From an uncultured Pseudomonadales bacterium (GTDB lineage Bacteria; Patescibacteriota; Microgenomatia; UBA1400; PJMF01), in assembly GCA_964607285.1 (NCBI GenBank), contig CAZSJW010000001.1, forward strand, positions 134,716 to 198,715: 64,000 nucleotides of DNA, read 5' to 3'. Under the pieces are notes generated by a model. That model saw only the letters and a list, made by a program, of their open reading frames with translations, did not search any database and was not told the DNA's origin. The stretch's first letter is position 1; each line of letters opens with the position of its first letter. Of the stretch, positions 49,097 through 59,465 are shown one piece after another. The position numbers were made by a program, and so were the translations under genes.

Positions 49097-50143
49097 TTAG
49101 CCAGTCGTGGCTGTGGTGGTACGATTTTGATATTGTGCAGTGAAGAAACTTGATTCCTTTGTCTTTAGCGGTTGCCACCAAGAAGTGTTGTTCCTGTACC
49201 AATCAATTGTCATTTGTAAGCCTTCTTCAAATGAAACTGCTGGCTTCCATCCCAGTTCTGTGGAAATTTTTGACCAATTTACACTGTATCTGCGATCGTG
49301 TCCAGCACGATCTTCAACATGCTCAAACATATCAGTTGGGTTACCCGTTAATGTAAGTATGCGTTGAACAACTTCAATGTTAGTTATATCTTCAGTTAGT
49401 CCCCCAACAACATACGTCTCCTGTGCAGCACCTTGCAGTAAAACAGCTTCAATAGCAGTACAATGATCTTGCACATACAACCAGTCTCGAATTTGCTTGC
49501 CATCTCCATAGATAGGAACTGGTTTTCCTTGCATACAATTCGTTATAGCTAAAGGTATGAGTTTTTCAGGAAACTGATATTCTCCATAATTGTTTGAACA
49601 ATTAGTTATTGTGTAAGGAACACCATAAGTTTCACCGTATGCTCTTACTAAATGATCCGAACTAGCCTTACTTGCTGAGTAAGGACTTCGTGGATCGTAC
49701 GGCGTAGTTTCAGAGAATTGTGCATGGGAGTCAAGTGGTAGTGTACCAAATACTTCATCCGTAGAAATGTGATGGAAGCGTTTCAATTTAGTTCGTCTGG
49801 CTGCTTCAAGTAGTTCGTAGGTACCAAGGACGTTCGTTTGCAAGAAAATGCCTGGGCCAGAAATCGAACGGTCTACATGTGTTTCCGCCGCGAAGTGAAC
49901 AATCATGTCACAATCTGCCACTAATGAAGAGACCAGCTGAGAATCATTTATTGATCCATGAACAAATGTGTAGTTTGAATGGTCAGAAATTGACCTAAGT
50001 GTTTCAACATTTCCGGCGTAGGTCAATGCGTCTAGATTGATAATTACATCATCTGGGTGTTGCTTGAGCCAATATAAAATAAAATTAGCACCGATAAAAC
50101 CTGCACCGCCAGTGACTAAAAGTGTTTGATGTGCCATTTCCAT
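49097..50143 (-). CDS. rmlB: dTDP-glucose 4,6-dehydratase.
   Basis: LLVTGGAGFIGANF...YSASKASSDHLVRAY...signature of RmlB (348 aa). Confidence 0.85.
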   Translation of the reverse strand: MEMAHQTLLVTGGAGFIGANFILYWLKQHPDDVIINLDALTYAGNVETLRSISDHSNYTFVHGSINDSQLVSSLVADCDMIVHFAAETHVDRSISGPGIFLQTNVLGTYELLEAARRTKLKRFHHISTDEVFGTLPLDSHAQFSETTPYDPRSPYSASKASSDHLVRAYGETYGVPYTITNCSNNYGEYQFPEKLIPLAITNCMQGKPVPIYGDGKQIRDWLYVQDHCTAIEAVLLQGAAQETYVVGGLTEDITNIEVVQRILTLTGNPTDMFEHVEDRAGHDRRYSVNWSKISTELGWKPAVSFEEGLQMTIDWYRNNTSWWQPLKTKESSFFTAQYQNRTTTATTG

Positions 50144-50221
50144 TCCTATCTAATGTTTATGATTTTGTCCTTCGTTCAGCTCTGATTATAGAAGGCAATA
50201 CCCCATAAGTGCAAGTTGGTA

Positions 50222-50422
50222 TCACTCAGTTTTTGGGCAGAATAATGAAAGATCTAGTATCTTAGCTGACAATTGTGAGTTTTTTCTGAGTGCTTGTTGG
50301 TATAACTCATGGTAGTACCCCGCAGTGATTGCTGTGAGTACTATGGATATGGAGAGAAACAAAACAATTAATTTTGGGGGAAGTGGCTGTAGTGCATTGC
50401 TCGTTTCCACAGTTTTTATCAT
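50222..50422 (-). CDS. Hypothetical small membrane protein (66 aa).
   Basis: A single hydrophobic helix. The ORF is coupled to the upstream LCP gene by a 4-bp overlap. Confidence 0.3.
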   Translation of the reverse strand: MIKTVETSNALQPLPPKLIVLFLSISIVLTAITAGYYHELYQQALRKNSQLSAKILDLSLFCPKTE

Positions 50423-51507
50423 GGAGAGTATCCCAAAATGGCCCTCACTTCATTTTTAAATAAGGGTATATCTCTAACTATATAGACCCATTGACCATTG
50501 TATGCATACTCAGGCGGGTGTACTAACACACCTGAAAGAGAATCAGGATAGATTGATAAAATACCTCTGGAAAATGTGATTGGCTTGTGAACAGTCACGC
50601 TTTGCACTACCAATGCAGTCAGTTCAGAGAGCGGTATTTCGTGCTCAAACTGATGTTTGTATACTTGACCAAGTTGAACAAGTATCTCTGGCTGCTGTAA
50701 GGTGTCAGCAGACAAAAGTTTTTCTGCAATGGCTGTAAGTAATTTTTGTTGCCTGGCTGAACGAGCTAAGTCTGTACCTTCTGATCCCGACGCATGCCGA
50801 CTGCGCGCGAACTGCAATGCACGAGTTCCATCAAGTGTTTGCGTTCCTTGTTCAAAGATCACAGTTTCATACAACTCATTTGGATCAGAAACTATAGTGA
50901 CATCCACATTTGATTTCGGAAATTGGCTGTCGGTAAATGATTGGTCTACATGGACCTGGACTCCACCTAGTGAATCAACTAGCTCTGCAACAGTGTCTAA
51001 AGTAACAACTACAGTATGATGAACCTCGATGTCAGTGAGGTTCTCGATTTCTGCTTCAACAAATCCAGCTGGTTCAAGATTTTTTTCTAAGGCACTGCTA
51101 AATAGTGCGTTGATACGAACGTCTAAATCCTCTATCCAGAGATCTCTAGGAAGTGAAATCATTGAAACAGTGTTAGTGTTTGTATCTAAAGAGACAATCA
51201 AAATAGTGTCAGTAAGAGGTTTGCTTCCAGGTCTTGTATCTAATACATCTAACCCAAGCACGAGAAAATTTTTATGACCAGCCGAGTCAACTGTTGGAGT
51301 TGTTTGCAGACCAGTTTGTACTGATTCAGAAACACTGCTCCAAGAGAATCCAGACTTAGTAAGAATACTTGTGGCTGAAGCAAGCCCAATTGTTGCCAAG
51401 ATAAGACCTGAGAGTGCAAGTAACAATACTGCAGAGAAAATAGACAGAAGTAAAGTAGTTATAAGAGTATTATTAAATGAAAAAATCGATGATTCTGTAG
51501 TTTTCAT
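50419..51507 (-). CDS. LytR-CpsA-Psr (LCP) family cell-wall glycopolymer ligase.
   Basis: N-terminal TM helix, then FLVLGLDVLDTRPGSKPLTDTILIVSLDTNTNTVSMISLPRDLWIE (the LCP core). Confidence 0.8.
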   Translation of the reverse strand: MKTTESSIFSFNNTLITTLLLSIFSAVLLLALSGLILATIGLASATSILTKSGFSWSSVSESVQTGLQTTPTVDSAGHKNFLVLGLDVLDTRPGSKPLTDTILIVSLDTNTNTVSMISLPRDLWIEDLDVRINALFSSALEKNLEPAGFVEAEIENLTDIEVHHTVVVTLDTVAELVDSLGGVQVHVDQSFTDSQFPKSNVDVTIVSDPNELYETVIFEQGTQTLDGTRALQFARSRHASGSEGTDLARSARQQKLLTAIAEKLLSADTLQQPEILVQLGQVYKHQFEHEIPLSELTALVVQSVTVHKPITFSRGILSIYPDSLSGVLVHPPEYAYNGQWVYIVRDIPLFKNEVRAILGYSP

Positions 51508-51563
51508 GGACAGATGTATCTTACCACTGCTGTGTAAGCAAGAGTACGCTACAATAATACCGT

Positions 51564-53264
51564 ATGTTTTATCGTGTTGGTATATCACTTCTATTGCTAT
51601 GTATTGTTGCTTCTGGCACCTGGTCTTTGTTAGCTAGTGGTTTTTATCGAGGACATGATTTTGTCCATGCCTCACGAATTGTGGAAATGAGCGCAGCCTT
51701 GCATGATGGCCATATTCCACCCAGATGGAGTGCTAACTTTGGATACGGATATGGCATGCCACTTTTTAATTTTTATGCACCGCTACCATATATACTTGGA
51801 GCTTTTCTCTATCAATATGTTTCTGTAATTACAGCCATAAAGTTGTTGATTGTGTGTGCCACTGTTGGTACGACTTTTGGTATGTACAAGCTCTCGAGAG
51901 ATTTTACAGGTCATATGGCAAGTATTGTTGCAGCACTAGCAGCGACAGTTGCGCCTTACAGGGCTGTAAATATTTTTGTGCGTGGTGCGCTTAGTGAAGC
52001 TTGGGGAATTGCATGGATTCCTTGGCTTTTTTTGGCATCCGCAAGAGTTGTCAGAAACAGAGGGGGTTTTCTACTTCTTAGTGTTGTTGTAGCAGGTATG
52101 GCTCTCAGTCATAATTTGGTTACGCTCATGGCAATTGTCAGTTCAGGAATTTGGGCAGCATTATTACTAGTGGGTGAGCGTTGGTATCACAAGCGCACGT
52201 ATCCTGAGCTTTTGCGCCGACTGGCGACACTCTTTACTGGGTATAGTGTGGGTTTTGGGTTGTCTGCTTGGTATGTTGTGCCCTCATTGATTGAAAAAAA
52301 TTATACGCAGATAGACCAAAAAATTTTGACGGGGTACTTCGATTTTCGATTGCATTTCTTGTACATACGCCAGCTGGTGATAAATAATTGGGGCTATGGT
52401 GGTTCAGAGTGGGGACCCGATGATGGTATTTCTTTCTTTCTTGGGTATGGTCAGTTGCTTGCATTAGCAGTATTTATAGGATATTTAGCATGGGGTTTTT
52501 CTGCAGCTATGCAAGGTAAAAAATTAAAAGACACTCAACAATATTATATTGCTTTTGCAACCATGATTACTTTGTTTGTAACGCTTGCTTTAACACTGTC
52601 ACATGCGCAGCCAGTTTGGGAGTATGTGCAGTATCTGAAATACCTCCAGTTTCCCTGGCGTTGGTTGAGCGTAAGCACTGTTTTGCTTGCTTTACTTGTA
52701 GGTTTTTCTATAGAGATTTTTACCTCAAAATATGTGCGTGCTGCTTTTGCGATTTTTATGAGTTGTGTGCTGCTGCTGTCTGCTACTCACTTTAGACCAG
52801 AGTCATTATTAGATGATACGGATTCCTTGTACTACACGGATCCCGCAAGAATTCGCACACACATGAGTGAGATACTTCCTGACTATATTCCCATTGATTT
52901 AGCAATCAATGATCTCAAGCCTGCAACTGTTATTTTAGAATCAAAGGGGGGAACAGAGTTACAAGAACATATTATTTCTAGAACGCATGAGCACTTAGTC
53001 CGTATTGATCAAGAAGCAACTGGTCCTGTTGAGTTCGCAATTGCCTATTTTCTTGGGTGGAGCGCGGAGGTTGATGGTAAACCATCATTAGTTGAACCTA
53101 ATGAGTTCGGTTTGATATCTATCACGATACCAGAAGGGAAACATGTCGTGGGCCTCTTTTTTTCGGAATCACCAATTAGGAGAGTAGCAAACACAATATC
53201 AGTGATTAGTGCGGTTATGCTAGTTGCATTTGGTTTCCAGAGAACCACTTTCCCGAAGAAATAA
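51564..53264 (+). CDS. Large polytopic membrane protein, putative GT-C glycosyltransferase. Family uncertain.
   Basis: 566 aa with at least 12 TM helices. The N-terminal loop is GHDFVHASRIVEMSAALHDGHIPPRWSANFGYGYGMPLFNFYAPLPY. Confidence 0.4.
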   Translation: MFYRVGISLLLLCIVASGTWSLLASGFYRGHDFVHASRIVEMSAALHDGHIPPRWSANFGYGYGMPLFNFYAPLPYILGAFLYQYVSVITAIKLLIVCATVGTTFGMYKLSRDFTGHMASIVAALAATVAPYRAVNIFVRGALSEAWGIAWIPWLFLASARVVRNRGGFLLLSVVVAGMALSHNLVTLMAIVSSGIWAALLLVGERWYHKRTYPELLRRLATLFTGYSVGFGLSAWYVVPSLIEKNYTQIDQKILTGYFDFRLHFLYIRQLVINNWGYGGSEWGPDDGISFFLGYGQLLALAVFIGYLAWGFSAAMQGKKLKDTQQYYIAFATMITLFVTLALTLSHAQPVWEYVQYLKYLQFPWRWLSVSTVLLALLVGFSIEIFTSKYVRAAFAIFMSCVLLLSATHFRPESLLDDTDSLYYTDPARIRTHMSEILPDYIPIDLAINDLKPATVILESKGGTELQEHIISRTHEHLVRIDQEATGPVEFAIAYFLGWSAEVDGKPSLVEPNEFGLISITIPEGKHVVGLFFSESPIRRVANTISVISAVMLVAFGFQRTTFPKK

Positions 53265-53286
53265 AACCTTTACATATATACATACT

Positions 53287-54771
53287 ATGGAATCTAAACA
53301 ACAATCTAGCTCAGAGTCACAACACTCCATCGCCGTACTTAAGAAAAAAACTGTATCTGGTGCAGTTTCGTACTTCGGTCGAACACTTTTTTTGCAAGGC
53401 ATTGGGCTTGGTTCGGCAGTTATATTGAGTTGGCTATTAGAACCTGAAGATTTTGGTGTATACGGGTTTGTAATTCAAATTATTGGGCTACTTACTTTTG
53501 TGTCTGATATTGGTTTTGCTGCGGCTCTTGTACAGAAAAAACAAGAGCCGACAAATACGGATTACAGAACTACCTTTACAGTGCAGCAAGTTTTGTCATG
53601 GATAATAGTATTTGTGGTGCTTGCACTTATCTCGACTGGATTTGTTTCTAATAAAGCGGGTGTGAGTGCTGATTGGATATTACTAAGTTTAGCGATTTCA
53701 TTTCCTTTGGCCAGTTTTAAGACAATTTCCTCAGTAATTCTTGAGCGAAAACTAGAGTTTTCCAGATTAGTTATTCCCCAAATTGTAGAACAAATATTGT
53801 TTCACGGCATATTGATATGGCTTGCCTGGAAAGGATTTGGCGCGCTTTCTTATGCCTATGCGATCCTTGTGAGGTCAGTTGCGGGAACGGTAGTTATGTT
53901 GCTCATTGCGCCCTGGAGTGTTGGGCTTGCTCTAAATAAGGCTTCTTTCAAGGAATTATTTGGGTATGGAGTAAAGTTTCAACTAAATGATTTTTTAGCT
54001 AGAATAAAAGATCAACTGTTTTTTTTAGCACTTGGCCTGGTTATGCCTCTTAGGGAGTTTGGCTACATACAGTGGGCAAAAAATTGGTCACTGTACCCAT
54101 ACTTGCTGACTGTCCAAAATGTTATGGCGATTACTTTTCCAACATTTGCACGCTTGCAACATGACAAGAAACTTTTGGGAAGAGCAATTGAAAAAACTTT
54201 GTACTTTATTAGTCTAATTGTTTTCCCAATGTTAGTGGGAATGATTATTTTTATCAATCCAACACTCTCTTTAATTCCAGGATATGCTAAATGGCAACCT
54301 GCATCATATGCCTTCATATGGTTTACAGCAAGTGTTTTTTGGAGTGCTATCTCCACCCCACTTACAAATACTTTAAATGCGATTGGTAAAATTAACTCTA
54401 CATTGCGTCTTATGATTATGTGGACAACCATAACTTGGATTTTTGCTCCAATTTCTCTATGGATTTGGGGATACACAGGAGTTGCATTTGCAGCATTTCT
54501 TATGAGTTGTACTTCGTTTATTACTGTATATATGGTACAGAAAGAGATCTCATTTGGCTTCTTGAAATCAGTGGGGAAGCAGACGCTTGCAGCAGCGATC
54601 ATGCTCAGTGTTGGATTACTTGGTTTGGAAGTGTGGTACAAAGGCCCCTGGCACCTGATGGGTGGTATGATTATTTCTGCCAGTGTATACATGATCGCTT
54701 TCTTAACTCTTGGATGGAGGCAGTTTATTGTTGAAGTTGTGAGTTTGCGGACAGCAAAGGAAGTCAGATGA
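53287..54771 (+). CDS. wzx: Wzx-type oligosaccharide flippase (MOP/Polysacc_synt family).
   Basis: About 14 TM helices, with GRTLFLQGIGLGSAVILSWLLEPEDFGVYGFVIQIIGLLTFVSDIGFAAALVQ. Confidence 0.7.
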   Translation: MESKQQSSSESQHSIAVLKKKTVSGAVSYFGRTLFLQGIGLGSAVILSWLLEPEDFGVYGFVIQIIGLLTFVSDIGFAAALVQKKQEPTNTDYRTTFTVQQVLSWIIVFVVLALISTGFVSNKAGVSADWILLSLAISFPLASFKTISSVILERKLEFSRLVIPQIVEQILFHGILIWLAWKGFGALSYAYAILVRSVAGTVVMLLIAPWSVGLALNKASFKELFGYGVKFQLNDFLARIKDQLFFLALGLVMPLREFGYIQWAKNWSLYPYLLTVQNVMAITFPTFARLQHDKKLLGRAIEKTLYFISLIVFPMLVGMIIFINPTLSLIPGYAKWQPASYAFIWFTASVFWSAISTPLTNTLNAIGKINSTLRLMIMWTTITWIFAPISLWIWGYTGVAFAAFLMSCTSFITVYMVQKEISFGFLKSVGKQTLAAAIMLSVGLLGLEVWYKGPWHLMGGMIISASVYMIAFLTLGWRQFIVEVVSLRTAKEVR

Positions 54772-54772
54772 T

Positions 54773-55678
54773 ATGGGACTATCAGTTATAATTAACACTA
54801 AAAACGCAGTGAATACACTTGAGAGAGCAATTAGTTCCGTGCTATTTGCTGATGAAATTGTAGTTGTTGACATGCAGAGTACGGATGGAACAGTGGAACA
54901 TGCTAGGAAACTTGGTGCAACTGTTTTTACTCATAAGGATGTGGGATATGTAGAGCCAGCTCGGCAATTTGCTATCGAAAAAGCATTGCATGATTGGGTA
55001 TTGGTGCTTGATGCAGATGAAGTTATTCCTAAAAAACTTGCAGATGTTTTGCAGAACATCATAAGTAAACCAAGCGATGGTGAAATAGTCGCGTATGCAC
55101 TGCCCAGAAAAAATCGAATATTTGGGGAGTGGATATTGTTTGCAGGATGGTGGCCAGATTATCAAATTCGTCTTTTTCGTCGAGGTAAAGTGCAATGGTC
55201 CGAAGAAATTCACTCTGTACCCACAATCATGGGGAAAACAAGCGAACTTCCTGCAAATGCAAATGTGGCTATCGAGCACTACAACTATGAAACAGTTTCA
55301 GAATTTTTACAAAGGCTTGACAGGTACACAACCATTCAGGCTACATCTGATGGTATAAAGCAATCAGGTGTTACAGATGCATCAGTGGTTTCAGTGTTTC
55401 GTTCTGAGTTTCTCTCCAGACTTTTCGCTCAAGGAGGAATTAGTGGTGGAACTCACGGAATGTCATTAGTTTTTTTACAATCATTTTCTGAAGTTATTCG
55501 CCACGTAAAACAATGGGAACTAAGCGGCTTTACACCAAAGAAGGAGACACCAGAAAATCTCGTTGCTATACAGAGGTTCCAGTCTGAATTGGCGTACTGG
55601 ATAGCAGATAGACAAGTTAGACAATCATCGGGACTGAGCAAACTCTGGTGGAAATTAAGACGAAAACTTCAGGTATAA
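54773..55678 (+). CDS. GT2 glycosyltransferase.
   Basis: LSVIINTKNAVNTLERAI...VVVDMQSTDGT...LDADE. Confidence 0.7.
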   Translation: MGLSVIINTKNAVNTLERAISSVLFADEIVVVDMQSTDGTVEHARKLGATVFTHKDVGYVEPARQFAIEKALHDWVLVLDADEVIPKKLADVLQNIISKPSDGEIVAYALPRKNRIFGEWILFAGWWPDYQIRLFRRGKVQWSEEIHSVPTIMGKTSELPANANVAIEHYNYETVSEFLQRLDRYTTIQATSDGIKQSGVTDASVVSVFRSEFLSRLFAQGGISGGTHGMSLVFLQSFSEVIRHVKQWELSGFTPKKETPENLVAIQRFQSELAYWIADRQVRQSSGLSKLWWKLRRKLQV

Positions 55679-55690
55679 TAAAATCACACT

Positions 55691-56605
55691 GTGATACACG
55701 TATCTATTGTTATACTGCACTACAACACACCTAGAGAAACTCATTCCTGCCTGAGATCTCTAAAAGACGTAGTACTTACTAAGGGTAAGTGCTCGGTCAT
55801 TGTAGTTGATAATGCCTCTAGAGAGACTTTTCAGTTGACACAAACTGAGATTGCACAAGGAGTACAACTGATAAGAAGTAATAGCAACCTTGGCTTTACA
55901 GGTGGCAACAACTTGGGAATGCAGTATGCAGTTGAACAGTTCAACTCTGACTTTGTTTGTTTGCTCAATTCCGATACATTGGTAGCACCTACATTTTTGC
56001 AAAAGATGATCGTGTTTCTTGAGAATAATGCAAAAATTGGCGCTGTTTCACCTTTGATATATTTTGAAAAGAATCATGAGTACCATGCCAGTAGTTACAC
56101 TAAGGATGATAGAGGAAAAGTGATTTGGTTTGGTGGAGGAAGCATAGATTGGCATAATCTGCTTGCATTTCACAAACATGTAGATGAAGTGGATCGAGGA
56201 CAGGTTCGAGATTCAGTTCTTGAAGATTACCTAACAGGATGTTGTATGCTTATCCGTCGAGAAGTATTGGAAAAAGTAAATGGATTTGATAATCGGTATT
56301 TTCTTTATTTAGAAGACGTAGATTTGAGCATTAGAATACAGGAAGCTGGGTATAGTTTGGGGTTGTGTGCTGAATCAATCGTGTGGCACGCAAACGCTGG
56401 CTCGAGTGGCGGTTCTGGCTCATCTATTCACCAATACTACCAGACAAGAAATCGCGCTTTATTTTTTTGGAGCTACGGGACGATCAGACAAAAACTGACA
56501 ATCATGCGTTGGGCTGCTCGAGTACTTGCCACAGGAAAGTCTGTTGAGCGAAAAGCAGTGCTACATGTAATACTACAAAGATATGGAAAAGAAACAGCAA
56601 TCTGA
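55691..56605 (+). CDS. GT2 glycosyltransferase, rhamnosyltransferase-like (WbbL/RfbF type).
   Basis: VSIVILHYNTPRETHSCL...VVDNAS...CLLNSD...YLEDVDLSIRIQEAGY. Confidence 0.7.
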   Translation: MIHVSIVILHYNTPRETHSCLRSLKDVVLTKGKCSVIVVDNASRETFQLTQTEIAQGVQLIRSNSNLGFTGGNNLGMQYAVEQFNSDFVCLLNSDTLVAPTFLQKMIVFLENNAKIGAVSPLIYFEKNHEYHASSYTKDDRGKVIWFGGGSIDWHNLLAFHKHVDEVDRGQVRDSVLEDYLTGCCMLIRREVLEKVNGFDNRYFLYLEDVDLSIRIQEAGYSLGLCAESIVWHANAGSSGGSGSSIHQYYQTRNRALFFWSYGTIRQKLTIMRWAARVLATGKSVERKAVLHVILQRYGKETAI

Positions 56606-57413
56606 AGAACCTACCATTAGTGCTTTGATACTGGCAAAAGACGAACAGGATATGTTGGAATCGTGTCTTTCATGTTTGAAATGGTGTGATGAGATTGTGT
56701 TGTTAGACACTGGTTCAAGCGACGACACAGTGCAAATAGCAGAACGTTTCGGCGCGCGTGTTATTAGATTCAAACATTCTTCATTTGCAAGATTACGAGA
56801 AGAGCTGCAAAAGCACGCTAGATCAGAATGGGTTTTTTTTGTAGATGCAGATGAGCGAGTTCTGCCAAAGCTTGCTAAGGAAATACAAGTACACATTGAA
56901 ACAAGTTCCGTTGCAGCGGTAAGTATGAAACGAGCTAACATTTTTTTTGGTAAGACACTCTCGTACGGTGGATGGGGTACTGAAATTGTGACTCGTGTTT
57001 TTAAGTCATCTGCACTAACTGGCTGGAAAGGTGATATTCACGAGAGTCCTGTGTTTGAAGGAGCTGTATCCACTGTAACAACGCCACTTGTTCACTTGAC
57101 TCACCGCAATACCAGGAGTGGTTTACTCAAGAGTGCAGCTTGGACTTGGATGGAAGCGCAAGCTTTACATCACTCAGGGATAGCAACGGTCACAATGTGG
57201 ACACTTTTAAGAAAAGGATGCATGGAGTTCATAAGAAGGATTTTTTTAAAAAAAGGTTATAAAGATGGAATGGAAGGTATTATTGAGGCGATTATTCAGT
57301 CATGGAATCGTGTTATTGTGTACATTCAAGTATGGGAGTTGCAACAAAAGCCAACTTTACCGCAACGGTACTCGTCCATTGAGTCTGAAATTGCTGAAAG
57401 CTGGAAGAAATAA
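56583..57413 (+). CDS. GT2 glycosyltransferase.
   Basis: ISALILAKDEQDMLESCL...VLLDTGSSDDT...FFVDADE. Confidence 0.65.
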   Translation: MEKKQQSEEPTISALILAKDEQDMLESCLSCLKWCDEIVLLDTGSSDDTVQIAERFGARVIRFKHSSFARLREELQKHARSEWVFFVDADERVLPKLAKEIQVHIETSSVAAVSMKRANIFFGKTLSYGGWGTEIVTRVFKSSALTGWKGDIHESPVFEGAVSTVTTPLVHLTHRNTRSGLLKSAAWTWMEAQALHHSGIATVTMWTLLRKGCMEFIRRIFLKKGYKDGMEGIIEAIIQSWNRVIVYIQVWELQQKPTLPQRYSSIESEIAESWKK

Positions 57414-58510
57414 TGTTAGTCGCAGTGTACTCACCCTATTTATCAGCACAAGTTATTGGTGGAGGAGAAAAGCACATTCTAGAGTTTGCCAGAGTCGTTG
57501 CCTTAAAGCACACTGTACACATAGCTTTGAGCAAAAATCCAACTGAGCCATTTACTCATCAAATAAAGAGGCTTTCAGATGCACTTCACTCATTCCTGGG
57601 GTGGTCCACAGATATGTTTACATTTGTCGAAACACCATTAGGTACATCGGCGGGAGCAATAGAAAAATTACTTTGGACTCAGCGATATGACTACTTGTAC
57701 TCTGTGACAGATGGTAGTTTGCATTTTAGTTTAGCTAAGAAAAACAATTTGCATATTCAGATACCTTTTACCAACTCGCATTCTTCAGTCATTGATAGGT
57801 TAAAATTGTTAAACTGGACTGTAAAAAATACAAACTCAGAATTTACCAAAAATATTGTAGAGAAAAGTTGGCAAACAAAGATACCATTTGTTCACCATCC
57901 CCTTGTGCAATTGGCTGAGTTTGCTCCAAGTACTAAAAAAAGCAATGTCATACTAAGTGTAGGCAGATTTTTTACACATTTGCATAGTAAACGTCAAGAT
58001 ATACTTATCGAGGCATTCAAAAAATTAGTGCTAACCTACCCTAAAACATTTTCGAGCTGGAAACTGGTGCTTGTAGGTCCTAATGATGATGAGCAATTCG
58101 TTCGTAGTTTACAGAAGCAGGCACGGGGATTGGCAGTTGAATTTTTCCACAATATAGAAAGAAAAACATTGGTAAAACTGTATAATTCATCACGATTGTA
58201 CTGGCATGCTTCAGGATATCAGCGTGATCCAATATCCAGTCCTGAAGCTGTGGAACACTTTGGTATTAGCATAGTTGAGGCGATGGCAAGTGGAGCAGTA
58301 CCCATTGTTGTAGGTTCTGGTGGACCTGCCGAGATTTTATCTGGAGATTTACGTGTACTGCAATGGCAGAGCATAGATGAGTGTGTAGCAATCACTTCAT
58401 CACTCATACATGAGAGTCAGGATGAAACTAAGCTAAGAACAGCATGCATACATCGAGCAAAGGATTTTTCAGAAAAAGTATTTGAATCTAAAGTTTGGCA
58501 AATGATATGA
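57413..58510 (+). CDS. GT4 (GT-B fold) glycosyltransferase.
   Basis: C-terminal EHFGISIVEAMASGAVPIVVGSGGPAEIL (the EX7E region). Confidence 0.7.
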   Translation: MLVAVYSPYLSAQVIGGGEKHILEFARVVALKHTVHIALSKNPTEPFTHQIKRLSDALHSFLGWSTDMFTFVETPLGTSAGAIEKLLWTQRYDYLYSVTDGSLHFSLAKKNNLHIQIPFTNSHSSVIDRLKLLNWTVKNTNSEFTKNIVEKSWQTKIPFVHHPLVQLAEFAPSTKKSNVILSVGRFFTHLHSKRQDILIEAFKKLVLTYPKTFSSWKLVLVGPNDDEQFVRSLQKQARGLAVEFFHNIERKTLVKLYNSSRLYWHASGYQRDPISSPEAVEHFGISIVEAMASGAVPIVVGSGGPAEILSGDLRVLQWQSIDECVAITSSLIHESQDETKLRTACIHRAKDFSEKVFESKVWQMI

Positions 58511-59370
58511 AAAAGCAGCCAATCAGTGTCATAATACCGAATTATTCTGGCTATACGTTGTTGCAAAAGCACTTGCCAGATGTATTTACAAGTTTGCAGA
58601 GTGGTGACGAAGTTATTATTGTTGATGATGCAAGCCCTGATAAAAGTGTAGCCTGGCTCAAAAAAAAATTTGTTCTGAAAATGGTTTCGTTAGATGAATA
58701 CAGGGGTCAGTGGCAGTTGGGCAAAAAGAAAGGTGATTTACGACTTCTGATAAACGGATCAAACTTGCGATTTGCCGCAACATCCAATAAAGGTGTCTCT
58801 GCTGCTCGTAATGATCTTATATTTCTGATAAATACAGATGTCTCTCCAGTTGGTGAATGCAGGAATACTTTAGTATCATGGTTTGATGACCTTTCGATTT
58901 TTGCTGTAGGTTGTTTGGAGTATGAAGAATATATAGGAGGAACTGAAAGCGGTAAGAATGTGCTCTGGTTTGAAAAAGGACTTTTTTTTCATGCTAAAGC
59001 GAACAACATGAACACTGGACCAACTGCATGGGTAAGTGGGGGTAGCGGCATGTTTAGAAAAAAGATATGGAAAAAGCTGCACGGCTTTGATATACAATTT
59101 GCTCCTGCATATTGGGAAGACATAGATTTAAGCGTTCGAGCAGGTGATTTGGGATATTCCGTTATTTTTGATAGATCAGCTGTTGTATTACATCAACATG
59201 AGAGCACAAATGCTCATACCTTTGGTAGCAAGACTTTATTGAAAATGAGTTGGAAGAGTGCTGACCTTTTTACCCGAAAACACGCATCAGTATCTCAGAT
59301 GGTCTCCTACTATTTTTGGAGACCACTTTGGTGGTGGCAACGATTTAAAGTTATACGACTAAGCAGCTAA
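58495..59370 (+). CDS. GT2 glycosyltransferase.
   Basis: ISVIIPNYSGYTLL...VIIVDDASPD...NTDV. Confidence 0.65.
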   Translation: MANDMKKQPISVIIPNYSGYTLLQKHLPDVFTSLQSGDEVIIVDDASPDKSVAWLKKKFVLKMVSLDEYRGQWQLGKKKGDLRLLINGSNLRFAATSNKGVSAARNDLIFLINTDVSPVGECRNTLVSWFDDLSIFAVGCLEYEEYIGGTESGKNVLWFEKGLFFHAKANNMNTGPTAWVSGGSGMFRKKIWKKLHGFDIQFAPAYWEDIDLSVRAGDLGYSVIFDRSAVVLHQHESTNAHTFGSKTLLKMSWKSADLFTRKHASVSQMVSYYFWRPLWWWQRFKVIRLSS

Positions 59371-59465
59371 ACTCTCCAGAGAGTCTGGCTTTGCATTGGT
59401 GAAGTCCATACGGTACAGTAAGATAAGGAGCAGAAAGCTGTAACAATTTGGTCTGAAAGTACTGT

